Part shown: positions 1-8,075 of the stretch, in pieces
Layout of the letters: every line of letters starts with the position of its first letter
Numbering within the stretch: the stretch's first letter is position 1
Source: Caedimonas varicaedens
Lineage (GTDB): Bacteria > Pseudomonadota > Alphaproteobacteria > Caedimonadales > Caedimonadaceae
DNA: 32,000 nt
Assembly (NCBI GenBank): GCA_001192655.1
Contig: BBVC01000099.1
Span: 1 to 32,000 of the forward strand
Direction of reading: 5' to 3'
Translations under genes and position numbers: made by a program
The notes under the pieces: generated by a model
What the model was told of the DNA's origin: nothing
Databases searched by the model: none
What the model saw: the letters and a program-made list of their open reading frames with translations, nothing else

Positions 1-72
1 GTTCTATCGAGCAATTATTTCAGGATAATAAAATATGACCGTTTTATATGTTGTTAGCTATATAAAGCGCAT

Positions 73-879
73 ATGACCGAACAGGCTATTGAAAAACTGG
101 AGCTGGAAAATGACCTGCATCATGCTTTAGCGGATCAGCAGTTTGTCTTGAATTATCAACCTATTCTTAATGTCCAAACAGGGGATATAATAGGGGTTGA
201 AGCTCTTATACGCTGGCAGCATCCTGTTAAAGGACTTATTAGCCCTGACAATTTTATCCCTCTAACTGAAGAAACAGGTTTAATTATATCTATTGGAGAA
301 TGGGTTCTCGAAGAAGCCTGTGCTCAGAATAAAGCATGGCAAGAGATGGGTCTGCCCCCTTTGTTTGTTGCTGTTAATGTCAGTGCTCATCAATTCAAGC
401 AAAGAGATTTTATGAATAAAGTAGAGGACGTTCTTAATCGAACACAACTCCCTTCACATTTTCTGGAATTAGAAATTACAGAATCAAGTTTAATGAGCGA
501 TCTCGCTTATTTTAAAGAGCTTTTATTTGCATTCAAGAGAAGAGGAATTTCCATAAGTATTGATGATTTTGGTACAGGATACTCCAGTCTCAGTTACATA
601 AAAGATTTGCCTATTGATAAGCTGAAAATTGATAAATCTTTTGTTCAGGATGAAATCGATAAAAAAGAGACTATTATCACTTCTATTATTGTCATGGCAA
701 AGAAATTGAACATGAGAGTTGTTGCTGAAGGTGTTGAAACAAAAGAACAGTATCTTTATTTAAAAAATAATCAGTGTGATCAGGTGCAGGGTTACTATTT
801 CAGTAGACCTGTTGATAGCGCAACAATGACCCAAATGTTAACAAAAACAAAAGAGCAGAAAGAATTAACAAGCGCTTAA
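73..879 (+). CDS. Stand-alone EAL-domain protein (putative c-di-GMP phosphodiesterase)
   Basis: 268-aa ORF with all EAL signature blocks visible: EALIRW, NVS, ELEITE, DDFGTGYSSLSY, KIDKSF, AEGVET, QGYYFSRP. No GGDEF or sensor domain lies within the ORF. The frame has no stop between base 1 and the ATG at 73, so an N-terminal extension beyond the window edge cannot be formally excluded. The upstream 72 nt are AT-rich and do not resemble a GGDEF C-terminus. Confidence 0.85.
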   Translation: MTEQAIEKLELENDLHHALADQQFVLNYQPILNVQTGDIIGVEALIRWQHPVKGLISPDNFIPLTEETGLIISIGEWVLEEACAQNKAWQEMGLPPLFVAVNVSAHQFKQRDFMNKVEDVLNRTQLPSHFLELEITESSLMSDLAYFKELLFAFKRRGISISIDDFGTGYSSLSYIKDLPIDKLKIDKSFVQDEIDKKETIITSIIVMAKKLNMRVVAEGVETKEQYLYLKNNQCDQVQGYYFSRPVDSATMTQMLTKTKEQKELTSA

Positions 880-904
880 TTAAGCCAAGAGTTTGGTCTC
901 ATTT

Positions 905-1351
905 TTAATCAGTTTTCAGCAAAACTTCTTTCGCGCGATTAACCTGAGCGGCAAGGTAATCAGATCCCCCCTGGTCAGGGTGAATTTTTTGAATGATGCG
1001 TCGATGAGCTGCTTTGATTTCCTTTTCTGTTGCGTTTTCATCGATGTTCAAGATGCTGCGAGCTTGTTCGCGAGTCATCGATGAAAGATTGGAGAAAGAA
1101 GGAGGGGTTTTTGACTTTTCTTCTCCCATAAAAAACTTTTTAAGTGCGGGTAAAAGAGGAATCAAGGCAATCAGTCCCACGACCACATTGACAAGTCGGC
1201 CGCTTAAAATTAACAGAATAATAGCAAGAAAAGCGGCCGCTCCCAACAGTCCCTTAAAGATCGCCAGAAGAATTTTGGGGTTGGAATTTAAAAGAAGACG
1301 TATCCCCAGCAGGATGAAAATAACCAGCAGCGCTCCTAAAATAATTGGCAT
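905..1351 (-). CDS. Membrane-anchored J-domain (DnaJ-like) protein
   Basis: The N-terminal half is hydrophobic (PIILGALLVIFILLGI..., AAAFLAIILLILSG..., GLIALIPLL). The C-terminal J domain has the HPD motif (EKEIKAAHRRIIQKIHPDQGGSDYLAAQVNRAKEVLL). I prefer the ATG at 1351, 7 nt after the mipZ stop. The ORF-track start at 1387 is a TTG that overlaps mipZ by 29 nt and has no SD. Confidence 0.7.
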   Translation of the reverse strand: MPIILGALLVIFILLGIRLLLNSNPKILLAIFKGLLGAAAFLAIILLILSGRLVNVVVGLIALIPLLPALKKFFMGEEKSKTPPSFSNLSSMTREQARSILNIDENATEKEIKAAHRRIIQKIHPDQGGSDYLAAQVNRAKEVLLKTD

Positions 1352-1358
1352 AACTTTA

Positions 1359-2198
1359 TTATCCAGCCAGCCTAAGCTTTTCAGCAACAGTCGGCAGTTT
1401 TAAAACTTCCAGCAGGTCTCTCAATTCCTGACGAGCAGCCACATGGGATAAACTGAGGGACATTCCTATATCAGGCAAGTCCAGAAGAGTAAGACCAGAT
1501 AAAAAGAGTTCACGAAAAATGACGCGTTCTCCAAAACCAGAAGCTAATCTGAATCCAATACGTTGTGATAATTTTTCAAGCACTTCTTGCATTTCTTCTT
1601 TGTTGCGGGCCAGCAAACTACTCAAGCGATTGCGCAAGACCACCCAATCTGATTTCCGTCCATCGCGCATGAGTCGATACTTTTTTTGATCCCAGACCAT
1701 TTCAGCGTAGGTGCTTGGCTTTTCAATCTCACGCTTTTCAGAAGTGATTCGCGCCAGCATATCCAAATCCACAAAACTGTCGTTTAAGGGAGTTACAAGC
1801 GTATCTGCATAGGAATGAGCAAGACGGGAAAGGAAGCTGTCTGTCCCGGGTGTATCAATCACAATAAAATCCCGAGTTGCCATTTTTTCAAAACAAGCTT
1901 GAAGTTGATCTGTCTCTTCCTGTTCTGCCATTTTTTGTGAATCAGCAGCGCTTTTGACGACAGGATAATGATCGCTAATAGGAAGCACTTTTCCTGTTTT
2001 CGTCATATAAGTCCTGCGATTTTCTAAATAGCGGGAAAGAGTTCCCTGACGTGCATCCACATCAATGCTGCCAACCGTATAACCCAGCCGTAAAAGATGG
2101 CTGATAATGTGCATCGAAATTGTTGATTTTCCTGTGCCGCCCTTTTCATTTCCTAGAACAATAATGTAAGGATTTTTTATAGGAGAAGTAGGAGTCAT
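1359..2198 (-). CDS. mipZ: Division-plane positioning ParA-like ATPase MipZ
   Basis: Deviant Walker A (VLGNEKGGTGKSTIS) plus collinear MipZ-type blocks: DVDARQGTLSRYLENRR, IDTPG, TPLNDSFVDLDML, DWVVLRNRL, GFGERVIFRELF, HVAARQELRDLL. I prefer the ATG at 2198, preceded by AAGGGA and 14 nt after the potI stop, over the TTG at 2222. Confidence 0.85.
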   Translation of the reverse strand: MTPTSPIKNPYIIVLGNEKGGTGKSTISMHIISHLLRLGYTVGSIDVDARQGTLSRYLENRRTYMTKTGKVLPISDHYPVVKSAADSQKMAEQEETDQLQACFEKMATRDFIVIDTPGTDSFLSRLAHSYADTLVTPLNDSFVDLDMLARITSEKREIEKPSTYAEMVWDQKKYRLMRDGRKSDWVVLRNRLSSLLARNKEEMQEVLEKLSQRIGFRLASGFGERVIFRELFLSGLTLLDLPDIGMSLSLSHVAARQELRDLLEVLKLPTVAEKLRLAG

Positions 2199-2211
2199 CT
2201 TATAGTCCCTT

Positions 2212-3024
2212 TTACCGATCAATTGATTTTGATGCTTTCAGGTTAATCCATGCTGCAAGTATAACACCGGTTGCAACGATGCTCACAATAATTGTTGCAA
2301 GAGCATTAATCTGGGGACTCAGTCCAAAACGAACGCTTGCAAAAATGACCATGGGAAGGGTGGTTGCCCCCGGACCTGATAGAAAACTTGCAATCACCAC
2401 ATCGTCAAGAGACAGCGTAAAGGCCAAAAGCCACCCCGAAATAATGGAAGGCATAATCAGGGGAAGTGTAATTCTGAAAAAAACAGTCAGAGGTTTGGCA
2501 CCCAGGTCAAGAGCAGCCTCTTCAAGGTGGTAGTCAAACTCGCTTAAACGCGTACGAATAATAACCAATACATAAGCAACAGCAATAGTGATGTGACCGA
2601 ATGTGATCGTGGCAATGCCGCGTTCCTGTGGCCAGCCAACGCTTTGTTGCAGAACAACAAAAAGAAGCAAAATAGCAAGGCCAGACATAATTTCCGGCAT
2701 GACCAGAGGGGCTGTGACCAAACCATTCAGTAAAGTTTTACCTCTAAAGGTCTTAAACCGTACAATCACCAGAGCGCCTACTGTCCCAATGATAACGGCA
2801 AAATTTGCTGTCATAAAAGCAATTTTTAAACTCAGCAAGGCAGCGTCCAGGATCATTTTATTGGATAAAAGCTCATGATACCAGCGAAATGAAAAACCCG
2901 TCCAGGTTGTAATAACCTGGGATTGGTTAAAGGAAAAAGCAATCAGCGTGATAATCGGCGCATACAAAAAAGCATAGCCGAAGAGCATGAGGTTCAGAAG
3001 AAAAAAGTTGGGGCGTTGCTTCAT
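2212..3024 (-). CDS. potI: Polyamine (putrescine/spermidine) ABC transporter permease, PotI-like
   Basis: Multi-pass membrane protein with the ABC permease EAA-type loop (LEEAALDLGAKPLTVFFRITLPL). It is the last permease of a potF-G-H-I ordered operon. The start is set at the ATG at 3024 (MKQRPNFF...), which forms an ATGA overlap with the potH stop. The longer track ORF to 3123 would overlap potH by about 100 nt. Confidence 0.85.
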   Translation of the reverse strand: MKQRPNFFLLNLMLFGYAFLYAPIITLIAFSFNQSQVITTWTGFSFRWYHELLSNKMILDAALLSLKIAFMTANFAVIIGTVGALVIVRFKTFRGKTLLNGLVTAPLVMPEIMSGLAILLLFVVLQQSVGWPQERGIATITFGHITIAVAYVLVIIRTRLSEFDYHLEEAALDLGAKPLTVFFRITLPLIMPSIISGWLLAFTLSLDDVVIASFLSGPGATTLPMVIFASVRFGLSPQINALATIIVSIVATGVILAAWINLKASKSIDR

Positions 3025-3944
3025 ATTCCCTCTTCCTCTCGTATAATTAATTTCTGAAAGGCAATAATGGGAAGGACCAGAAACGTCAGCAAAGCCACAG
3101 CCAGCGCTGAGGCCATTGGCCAATCACGGTGGGTAAAAAATTCAATCCACAGGACTTTTCCAATCATCAGTGTATCCGACCCCCCCAAAAGCTCGGGAAT
3201 CACGAATTCTCCTACTGCCGGGATGAAAACAAGCATTGACCCCGCAATAGCGCCGCGCATGGAAAGAGGAACCGTAATGGTAAAGAAAGTCCGAACAGGT
3301 TTGCACCCTAGATCGGAAGCTGCCTCAAGAATTTGGGGGTCCATTTTTTGCAGGGTTGCATAGAGAGGAAAAATCATAAACGGAAGATAGGAATAAACAA
3401 TCCCCAGGATAACAGCAAAATGCGTATTCAGTAAGGAAAGAGGCTGCTTGATGATGCCCAGATATAAAAGGAAGGAATTTAAAAGTCCCTGATTACTCAA
3501 AAGCCCAATCCAGGAATAGACTCGAATCAGAAAAGAAGTCCAAAATGGTAAAATGACCAGCATCAGCAAAAGTGTTCTTTGGCGCGGAGAGGCGCGGGCA
3601 ATTCCATACGCCATGGGATAAGCAACAATCAGGCAAAAAAAGGTTGAAATTGCAGAAATTTTCAAGGATTCAATATAGGCTCCAAAGTAAAAATCATCTT
3701 CGAAAAGCGTTAGGTAATTGGCAAAATTAAGGCGAATTTGAAGAAAGCTTTCATCTACCCATGTGTAAAGGGGCGTATAGGGGGGAGAACTGAGAATTCC
3801 TTCTGAAAAACTTAACCCCAAAACAATCATGAACGGAACCAGGAAAAAGAGAATATGCCACCCATAGGGAAGAGCAATAACCAGAGCGCGACCGAAAAAA
3901 TTATCTAGTCGTATCTTTTTGAAAAGTTGTGTAAAAAGGTTCAT
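3021..3944 (-). CDS. potH: Polyamine ABC transporter permease, PotH-like
   Basis: 307-aa multi-pass membrane protein with an EAA loop (LEAASDLGCKPVRTFFTITVPL). It lies between the ATPase and the second permease, 12 nt downstream of potG. Confidence 0.85.
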   Translation of the reverse strand: MNLFTQLFKKIRLDNFFGRALVIALPYGWHILFFLVPFMIVLGLSFSEGILSSPPYTPLYTWVDESFLQIRLNFANYLTLFEDDFYFGAYIESLKISAISTFFCLIVAYPMAYGIARASPRQRTLLLMLVILPFWTSFLIRVYSWIGLLSNQGLLNSFLLYLGIIKQPLSLLNTHFAVILGIVYSYLPFMIFPLYATLQKMDPQILEAASDLGCKPVRTFFTITVPLSMRGAIAGSMLVFIPAVGEFVIPELLGGSDTLMIGKVLWIEFFTHRDWPMASALAVALLTFLVLPIIAFQKLIIREEEGI

Positions 3945-3955
3945 AGAGACTGCCC

Positions 3956-5104
3956 CTATCCTGTCAACACGACGCCGCTTTCGGGACGCCAGGAAAGATA
4001 GACTTCGTCATCCCAATTGATAGGTCGCTCAGCAAGACGAAATTGATTGGTCAATGTTGCAAGCACCTTTTTACCGGATGCAAGCTTAATATGGTAAATA
4101 GAAACATCGCCCAGATAGGCAATTTCATCTACGATTCCTCGCGTCATATTGCGCACCTGATGCTGAATAATAGGCTCTTTGGAAATCATGACTTTTTCGG
4201 GTCTTATGGCAACAGCTACCTGCGCGCCTACAGGAGCCGAAGCAGAATGGCTCACATAAAGATCGCATCCTGATTCTTCGGAAGCAATCAGCACATGATC
4301 GGCTTCATCTTCGGTCACAAAGCCTTCAAAAACATTCATTTCTCCGATAAAGCCTGCAACAAAACGCGAGTTGGGGTATTCATAAATTTCTGTGGGAGTT
4401 CCAATCTGGCGGATTTTTCCTTCTTCCATAACGCCAATGCGCGTGGACATTGTCATGGCTTCTTCCTGATCATGTGTGACCATGATAAAAGTAACACCCA
4501 GACTTTCCTGAATATGAACAAGCTCAAATTGGGTGCGTTCGCGCAATTGCCTGTCAAGCGCGGCAAGAGGCTCATCCAGTAAAAGCACCCGTGGCTGCTT
4601 GACAAGGCATCTTGCCAGTGCAACGCGTTGACGTTGCCCACCTGAAAGCTGATGGGGTTTTCGTGCCGCGTACTTTCCCATATGTACCAGATCCAACATC
4701 AAACCCACACGATCGCGGATTTGGGCGCGCGCGATCCCTTCTTGCTTCAAGCCAAAAGAAATATTTTGTTCAACAGTCATATGGGGGAATAAGGCGTATG
4801 ATTGAAACATCATGTTGACAGGGCGATTATAGGGTGCAACGTGCGTCATATCCATTCCATCAATGGAAACCTGACCGGAAGAAGGGGTTTCAAATCCCGC
4901 AAGAAGCCTTAAAAGTGTTGTTTTCCCACATCCTGACGCTCCCAAAAGAGAGAAAAATTCGCCCTGGTAAATGCTCAAGGTCACGTTATTCACGGCCATT
5001 GCGCCTTCAAAACTGCGAGAAATATGGTCAAAAACGATCGATGGAACGGCCCTGGGATCTTGCCAGGGCTCTAATTTCATTGAAGGACGATCACCTATCG
5101 CCAT
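3956..5104 (-). CDS. potG: Polyamine ABC transporter ATP-binding protein, PotG/PotA-like
   Basis: Walker A GASGCGKTT, Q-loop, ABC signature LSGGQRQRVALAR, Walker B LLLDEPLAALD and H-loop VTHDQ. A C-terminal TOBE-like regulatory domain is present. The 382-aa length fits PotG/PotA. Confidence 0.9.
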   Translation of the reverse strand: MAIGDRPSMKLEPWQDPRAVPSIVFDHISRSFEGAMAVNNVTLSIYQGEFFSLLGASGCGKTTLLRLLAGFETPSSGQVSIDGMDMTHVAPYNRPVNMMFQSYALFPHMTVEQNISFGLKQEGIARAQIRDRVGLMLDLVHMGKYAARKPHQLSGGQRQRVALARCLVKQPRVLLLDEPLAALDRQLRERTQFELVHIQESLGVTFIMVTHDQEEAMTMSTRIGVMEEGKIRQIGTPTEIYEYPNSRFVAGFIGEMNVFEGFVTEDEADHVLIASEESGCDLYVSHSASAPVGAQVAVAIRPEKVMISKEPIIQHQVRNMTRGIVDEIAYLGDVSIYHIKLASGKKVLATLTNQFRLAERPINWDDEVYLSWRPESGVVLTG

Positions 5105-5140
5105 TTTTTATAAATCTCCTTTTATCCACTCTTGCGGACG

Positions 5141-6246
5141 TTAACGTCCCGATCTTATCTTGATAAGAGATCGAGTCAAAAGCTTTTGATATTTTGGCGA
5201 GAAAGATTTGTGAAGTAAAATCCTTTTTAAAACTTCCTTGTCCGGAAAAATAACCTTATTTTCACGGATTTCGGGAATAACAAAAGGAAGAGATTCCTCA
5301 ATAGTGTTTGCAAAATAATTGTCATTGGTAATAAAAGCAATAATATCAGGCCGCAACATAAAATCTATAAAGATATAGGCATTATCTACATGAGGGGCTG
5401 TTTTTGGAATCACCATGACATCCAGCCACATAACCGTTCCTTCCTTGGGGATGATGGATTTGATATTCGCCCGACTTCCCTCTGATTTCAAATGAGCAGA
5501 AGAAGCTGCAATAGATCCCATCCAATGCTGAACAAGACACATTTCGCCGCTGGCGATTTCATCATTAGAGCGAGAGAGGTCAAAACGCTTGATGAAAGGA
5601 CGAATTGTTTGAAGAAGCTGAACAACCTTATCAAGATCCTTTTTGGATTCAGAAGCAGGATCAATACCCAGGTAAAGTTTTGCAGGAATCATCACATCGG
5701 TGGAATCTTCCAACATGGCGACGCCACAGGGACCCATTTTTTTGATAATTTCAGGATCGAAGAACATCGCCCAGCTGTTAACCGGCGCATCGGGCAGGTT
5801 TTTTTGGACATAGTCAACATTGTAAGCAAATCCAACAATACCCCATAACAAGGGAACAGCAAAACGATCGGCGTGATGGGGACCTTCAAGGGCTTTTCTG
5901 AAAAAGGGATTTATTTTTTTTGCGTTGGAGATTTTTTAAAATCAATCTCCTGATAAAGACCTGCAGATATTTGTCGTACAGCATAAGGCCAGGCTGTTGG
6001 AAACACAACATCATAACCCGTGGCGCCGGAAAGCAATTTGGCTTCCAGAATATCATCATTGTCAAAGACGTCCAGTAAAATCCTGATCCCTGTTTCTTGC
6101 TCAAACCTGCGTATAATTTCAGCAGGCAAATAACCATGGGCGCTATAGACATTAAGCGTTTGTTGGGAAGGCAGCTCTGATCCCCTTATGCTCGGGAAAG
6201 CGCCCAATAAAACAAGCAGAAAAAATGTTTTTTTAATAAAATTCAA
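5141..6246 (-). pseudogene. potF: Periplasmic putrescine/spermidine-binding protein (PotF-like), split by one frameshift in an A8 tract
   Basis: The N-terminal fragment (track ORF 5911-6315) carries a signal peptide plus LNVYSAHGYLPAEIIRRFEQETGIRILLDVFDNDDILEAKLLSG. The C-terminal fragment (track ORF 5141-5851) stays open upstream to 5935. The two are collinear with E. coli PotF but sit in different frames. Joining them at the A8 run gives ...IDFKKSPTQKK|INPFFRKALEGPHHADRFAVPLLWGIVGFAYNVDYV.... The likely start is the TTG at 6246 (MNFIKKTFFLLVLLGAF..., AAGG 9 nt upstream). The TTG at 6315 is the ORF maximum. Confidence 0.75.
5914..5921 (-). repeat. A8 homopolymer on the coding strand, site of the potF frame break
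   Basis: Plus-strand T8 at 5914-5921. The N-terminal frame stop TAA is at 5911-5913. The C-terminal frame is closed upstream by a TAA at 5936-5938, so the frame switch must occur within 5914-5935. Confidence 0.9.
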
Positions 6247-6488
6247 CTTTTCTTGCCTTAATGTATATATAAAAGACTCTATCTTTCTCTTACATTTAAT
6301 AACTTCTGAACGCAATTATTTTATTATTTAGGAAGCCCGGGAACCTTGGCAGAGAAGGTTCTTTCGAGTATCCCCCCGTCGCATGCATGCGTTTGTGTGC
6401 GTTGCGACGAGATTCACCGTTTGTCCACTTGGAAAACATATGAAAAAAAGAAGGCCCAGAGGGGAAATTCAAGATACGGGAAAAAGGT

Positions 6489-7829
6489 CTAAAAAGAGTG
6501 TATTTCCAGAATTTCTCTTAGGTTTGCACCCGTTGATTGAAAATCTTCCACCAGCTTTTGCGCCGGTGTTTTTCCTGAATGGACAATCTCTTCCAGGTAA
6601 GCAAGGTAAATCGTTTCATCCTGCCCCTGTTGATTTTTAAGAGCGCGCCGTTTCAGTCCATTGTGGGACAGATCAAGACACACGCGTGCGATGTCCCGAA
6701 GACTTTGCCCCTGAAGCGAGATCGAAAGCCCTTCACGCGTAACTCTTTCATAAAGTATTTCAAGATCTGGCCGTTTCCATTCCCTGATCAGGTCGCAAGC
6801 AGCACTGAGGGATTCTTCATCATATAAAAGTCCTGTCCAGAAAGCGGGCAAGGCATTGATATGGCGTTCAAGCCCTCCATCGGCTCCACGCATTTCAAGA
6901 TAGTGTTTCAGCCTGACTTCAGGAAAGGCAACTGTCAGGTGATCATGCCAATCTTGTAGGGTGGGGAAATGACCTGGCCAGGCAGGGAGAACTCCTTTCA
7001 GGAAATCTCTGAACGACTGTCCTGCTGCAGGGATATACTGACCGTTTCGATAAACAAAATACATAGGGACGTCCAGCATATAATCTACATAACGCTCAAA
7101 TCCCATGGAAGCATCAAAGACGAAATCTAGCAGACCGCACCGATCGGGGTCTGTATGTTGCCAAATAAACCGGCGATAGGACTCAAAACCATTGGGGCGT
7201 CCCTGACTCAGCGAAGAATTGGCAAACAAGGCTGTCACGAGAGGCTGAAGAGCAAGTCCCACACGGAATTTGCGAACCATATCTTCCTCTGAAGAAAAGT
7301 CGAGATTGACTTGCACTGTACAGGTGTTGGTCATCATATCCAAACCATGACGACCTTTTTGGGGCATATAGTCACGCATAATGCGGTAACGTTCTTTGGG
7401 CATCCAGGGAAGGTCATCCTGCTTTGAAAGCGGGTCGCAGCCTAACCCCACGGCGATAAATCCCAGGGGTTTCAGCACGGATTTTACTTCCTGAAGATGG
7501 TGATGAAGTTCTTGCGCTGTTTCATGAAGGGAAAAAAGAGGCGTTCCTGATAACTCCAGCTGTCCCGCAGGTTCCAGAGAGACAAAAGATGAACCTTTCT
7601 GAAGAGCAATCAGCTGTTTATGCTCAAAAACAGCTTTCCAACCGAATTGCTGGAGATTCTGAAGAATGGTTTCAATCCCCCCTTGATAGGGAACCCGCGT
7701 TAGAGAAGATCGTTTAAAAATAAATTTTTCATGCTCTACCCCAATTTTGAATTCTGTCGCGGCTTTACAGCTCCGGGATAAATCAAGAATAAGATCATCC
7801 CTGGATAGGGTGAGGGGACTTTTCTCCAT
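6489..7829 (-). CDS. gshA: Glutamate--cysteine ligase, plant/alphaproteobacterial type (GCS2 family)
   Basis: Strong collinear similarity to plant-type GSH1 blocks: FIWQHTDPDRCGLLDFVFD, GFERYVDYMLDVPMYFVYR, HLTVAFPEVRLKHYLEMRGADGG. The ATG at 7829 is preferred. The TTG at 7838 is the ORF maximum. Confidence 0.85.
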   Translation of the reverse strand: MEKSPLTLSRDDLILDLSRSCKAATEFKIGVEHEKFIFKRSSLTRVPYQGGIETILQNLQQFGWKAVFEHKQLIALQKGSSFVSLEPAGQLELSGTPLFSLHETAQELHHHLQEVKSVLKPLGFIAVGLGCDPLSKQDDLPWMPKERYRIMRDYMPQKGRHGLDMMTNTCTVQVNLDFSSEEDMVRKFRVGLALQPLVTALFANSSLSQGRPNGFESYRRFIWQHTDPDRCGLLDFVFDASMGFERYVDYMLDVPMYFVYRNGQYIPAAGQSFRDFLKGVLPAWPGHFPTLQDWHDHLTVAFPEVRLKHYLEMRGADGGLERHINALPAFWTGLLYDEESLSAACDLIREWKRPDLEILYERVTREGLSISLQGQSLRDIARVCLDLSHNGLKRRALKNQQGQDETIYLAYLEEIVHSGKTPAQKLVEDFQSTGANLREILEIHSF

Positions 7830-8075
7830 TTTTATCAAAACCTTTATTTTTTTATGTACCCTACCATGAAGGCTATAAACTCTCCCACGGATTTTTTAAT
7901 GGGGGGAGTTTTCATAACGTTTTACATCCTTACTTTTTTCTTTTGTAGAGTATCCATAAATCGTTTCCCAATCATCTTTTTTGGATATAGTATTGAGTAA
8001 CTTAATGCCCTTTTGAGTATGTTTGAGGGGTATTCCATATTTCTTGTTGGGTGGCTAACAGCTTGGAGAGTGACG
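7830..8075. promoter_or_regulatory. Divergent control region between gshA and the alpha-2-macroglobulin gene
   Basis: 246-bp T-tract-rich non-coding spacer between two divergently oriented starts. The A2M SD GGAGAG is at 8064-8069. No specific -35/-10 pair could be assigned with confidence. Confidence 0.3.

Noticed and set aside
1014-1403. 129-aa plus-strand ORF (and 63-aa ORF 893-1084) antisense to the J-domain gene
   Set aside because: It is fully embedded opposite a gene with clear TM and HPD J-domain features. Its translation is R/K/S-rich low complexity, typical of the antisense of a hydrophobic gene. It has no SD.
5888-5908. Stimulatory RNA structure for programmed -1 frameshifting downstream of the potF A8 tract
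   Set aside because: Only a 5-bp AU-rich stem (CUUUU-CAG-AAAAG on the mRNA) is visible. That is too weak to argue for a dedicated frameshift signal, so slippage or error at the homopolymer remains the simpler explanation.
6362-6371. 10-mer TTTCGAGTAT shared by the potF upstream spacer (6362-6371) and the ptsP upstream spacer (26195-26204)
   Set aside because: A single shared 10-mer between a few kb of AT-rich intergenic DNA on two strands is about what chance predicts. The flanking bases do not extend the match.
7866-8000. 44-codon hydrophobic ORF (MKAINSPTDFLMGGVFITFYILTFFFC...) in the gshA/A2M divergent region
   Set aside because: It has no SD, and it lies in T-tract-rich DNA where Phe/Ile/Leu-rich frames arise by chance. 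Unlike flp, it has no family-defining motif.
8013-8075. Longer N-terminus for the alpha-2-macroglobulin (TTG 8013 or ATG 8019)
   Set aside because: The extension (MSMFEGYSIFLVGWLTAWRVT) would bury the clear signal peptide that starts at the ATG at 8076, which also has a GGAGAG SD at ideal spacing.
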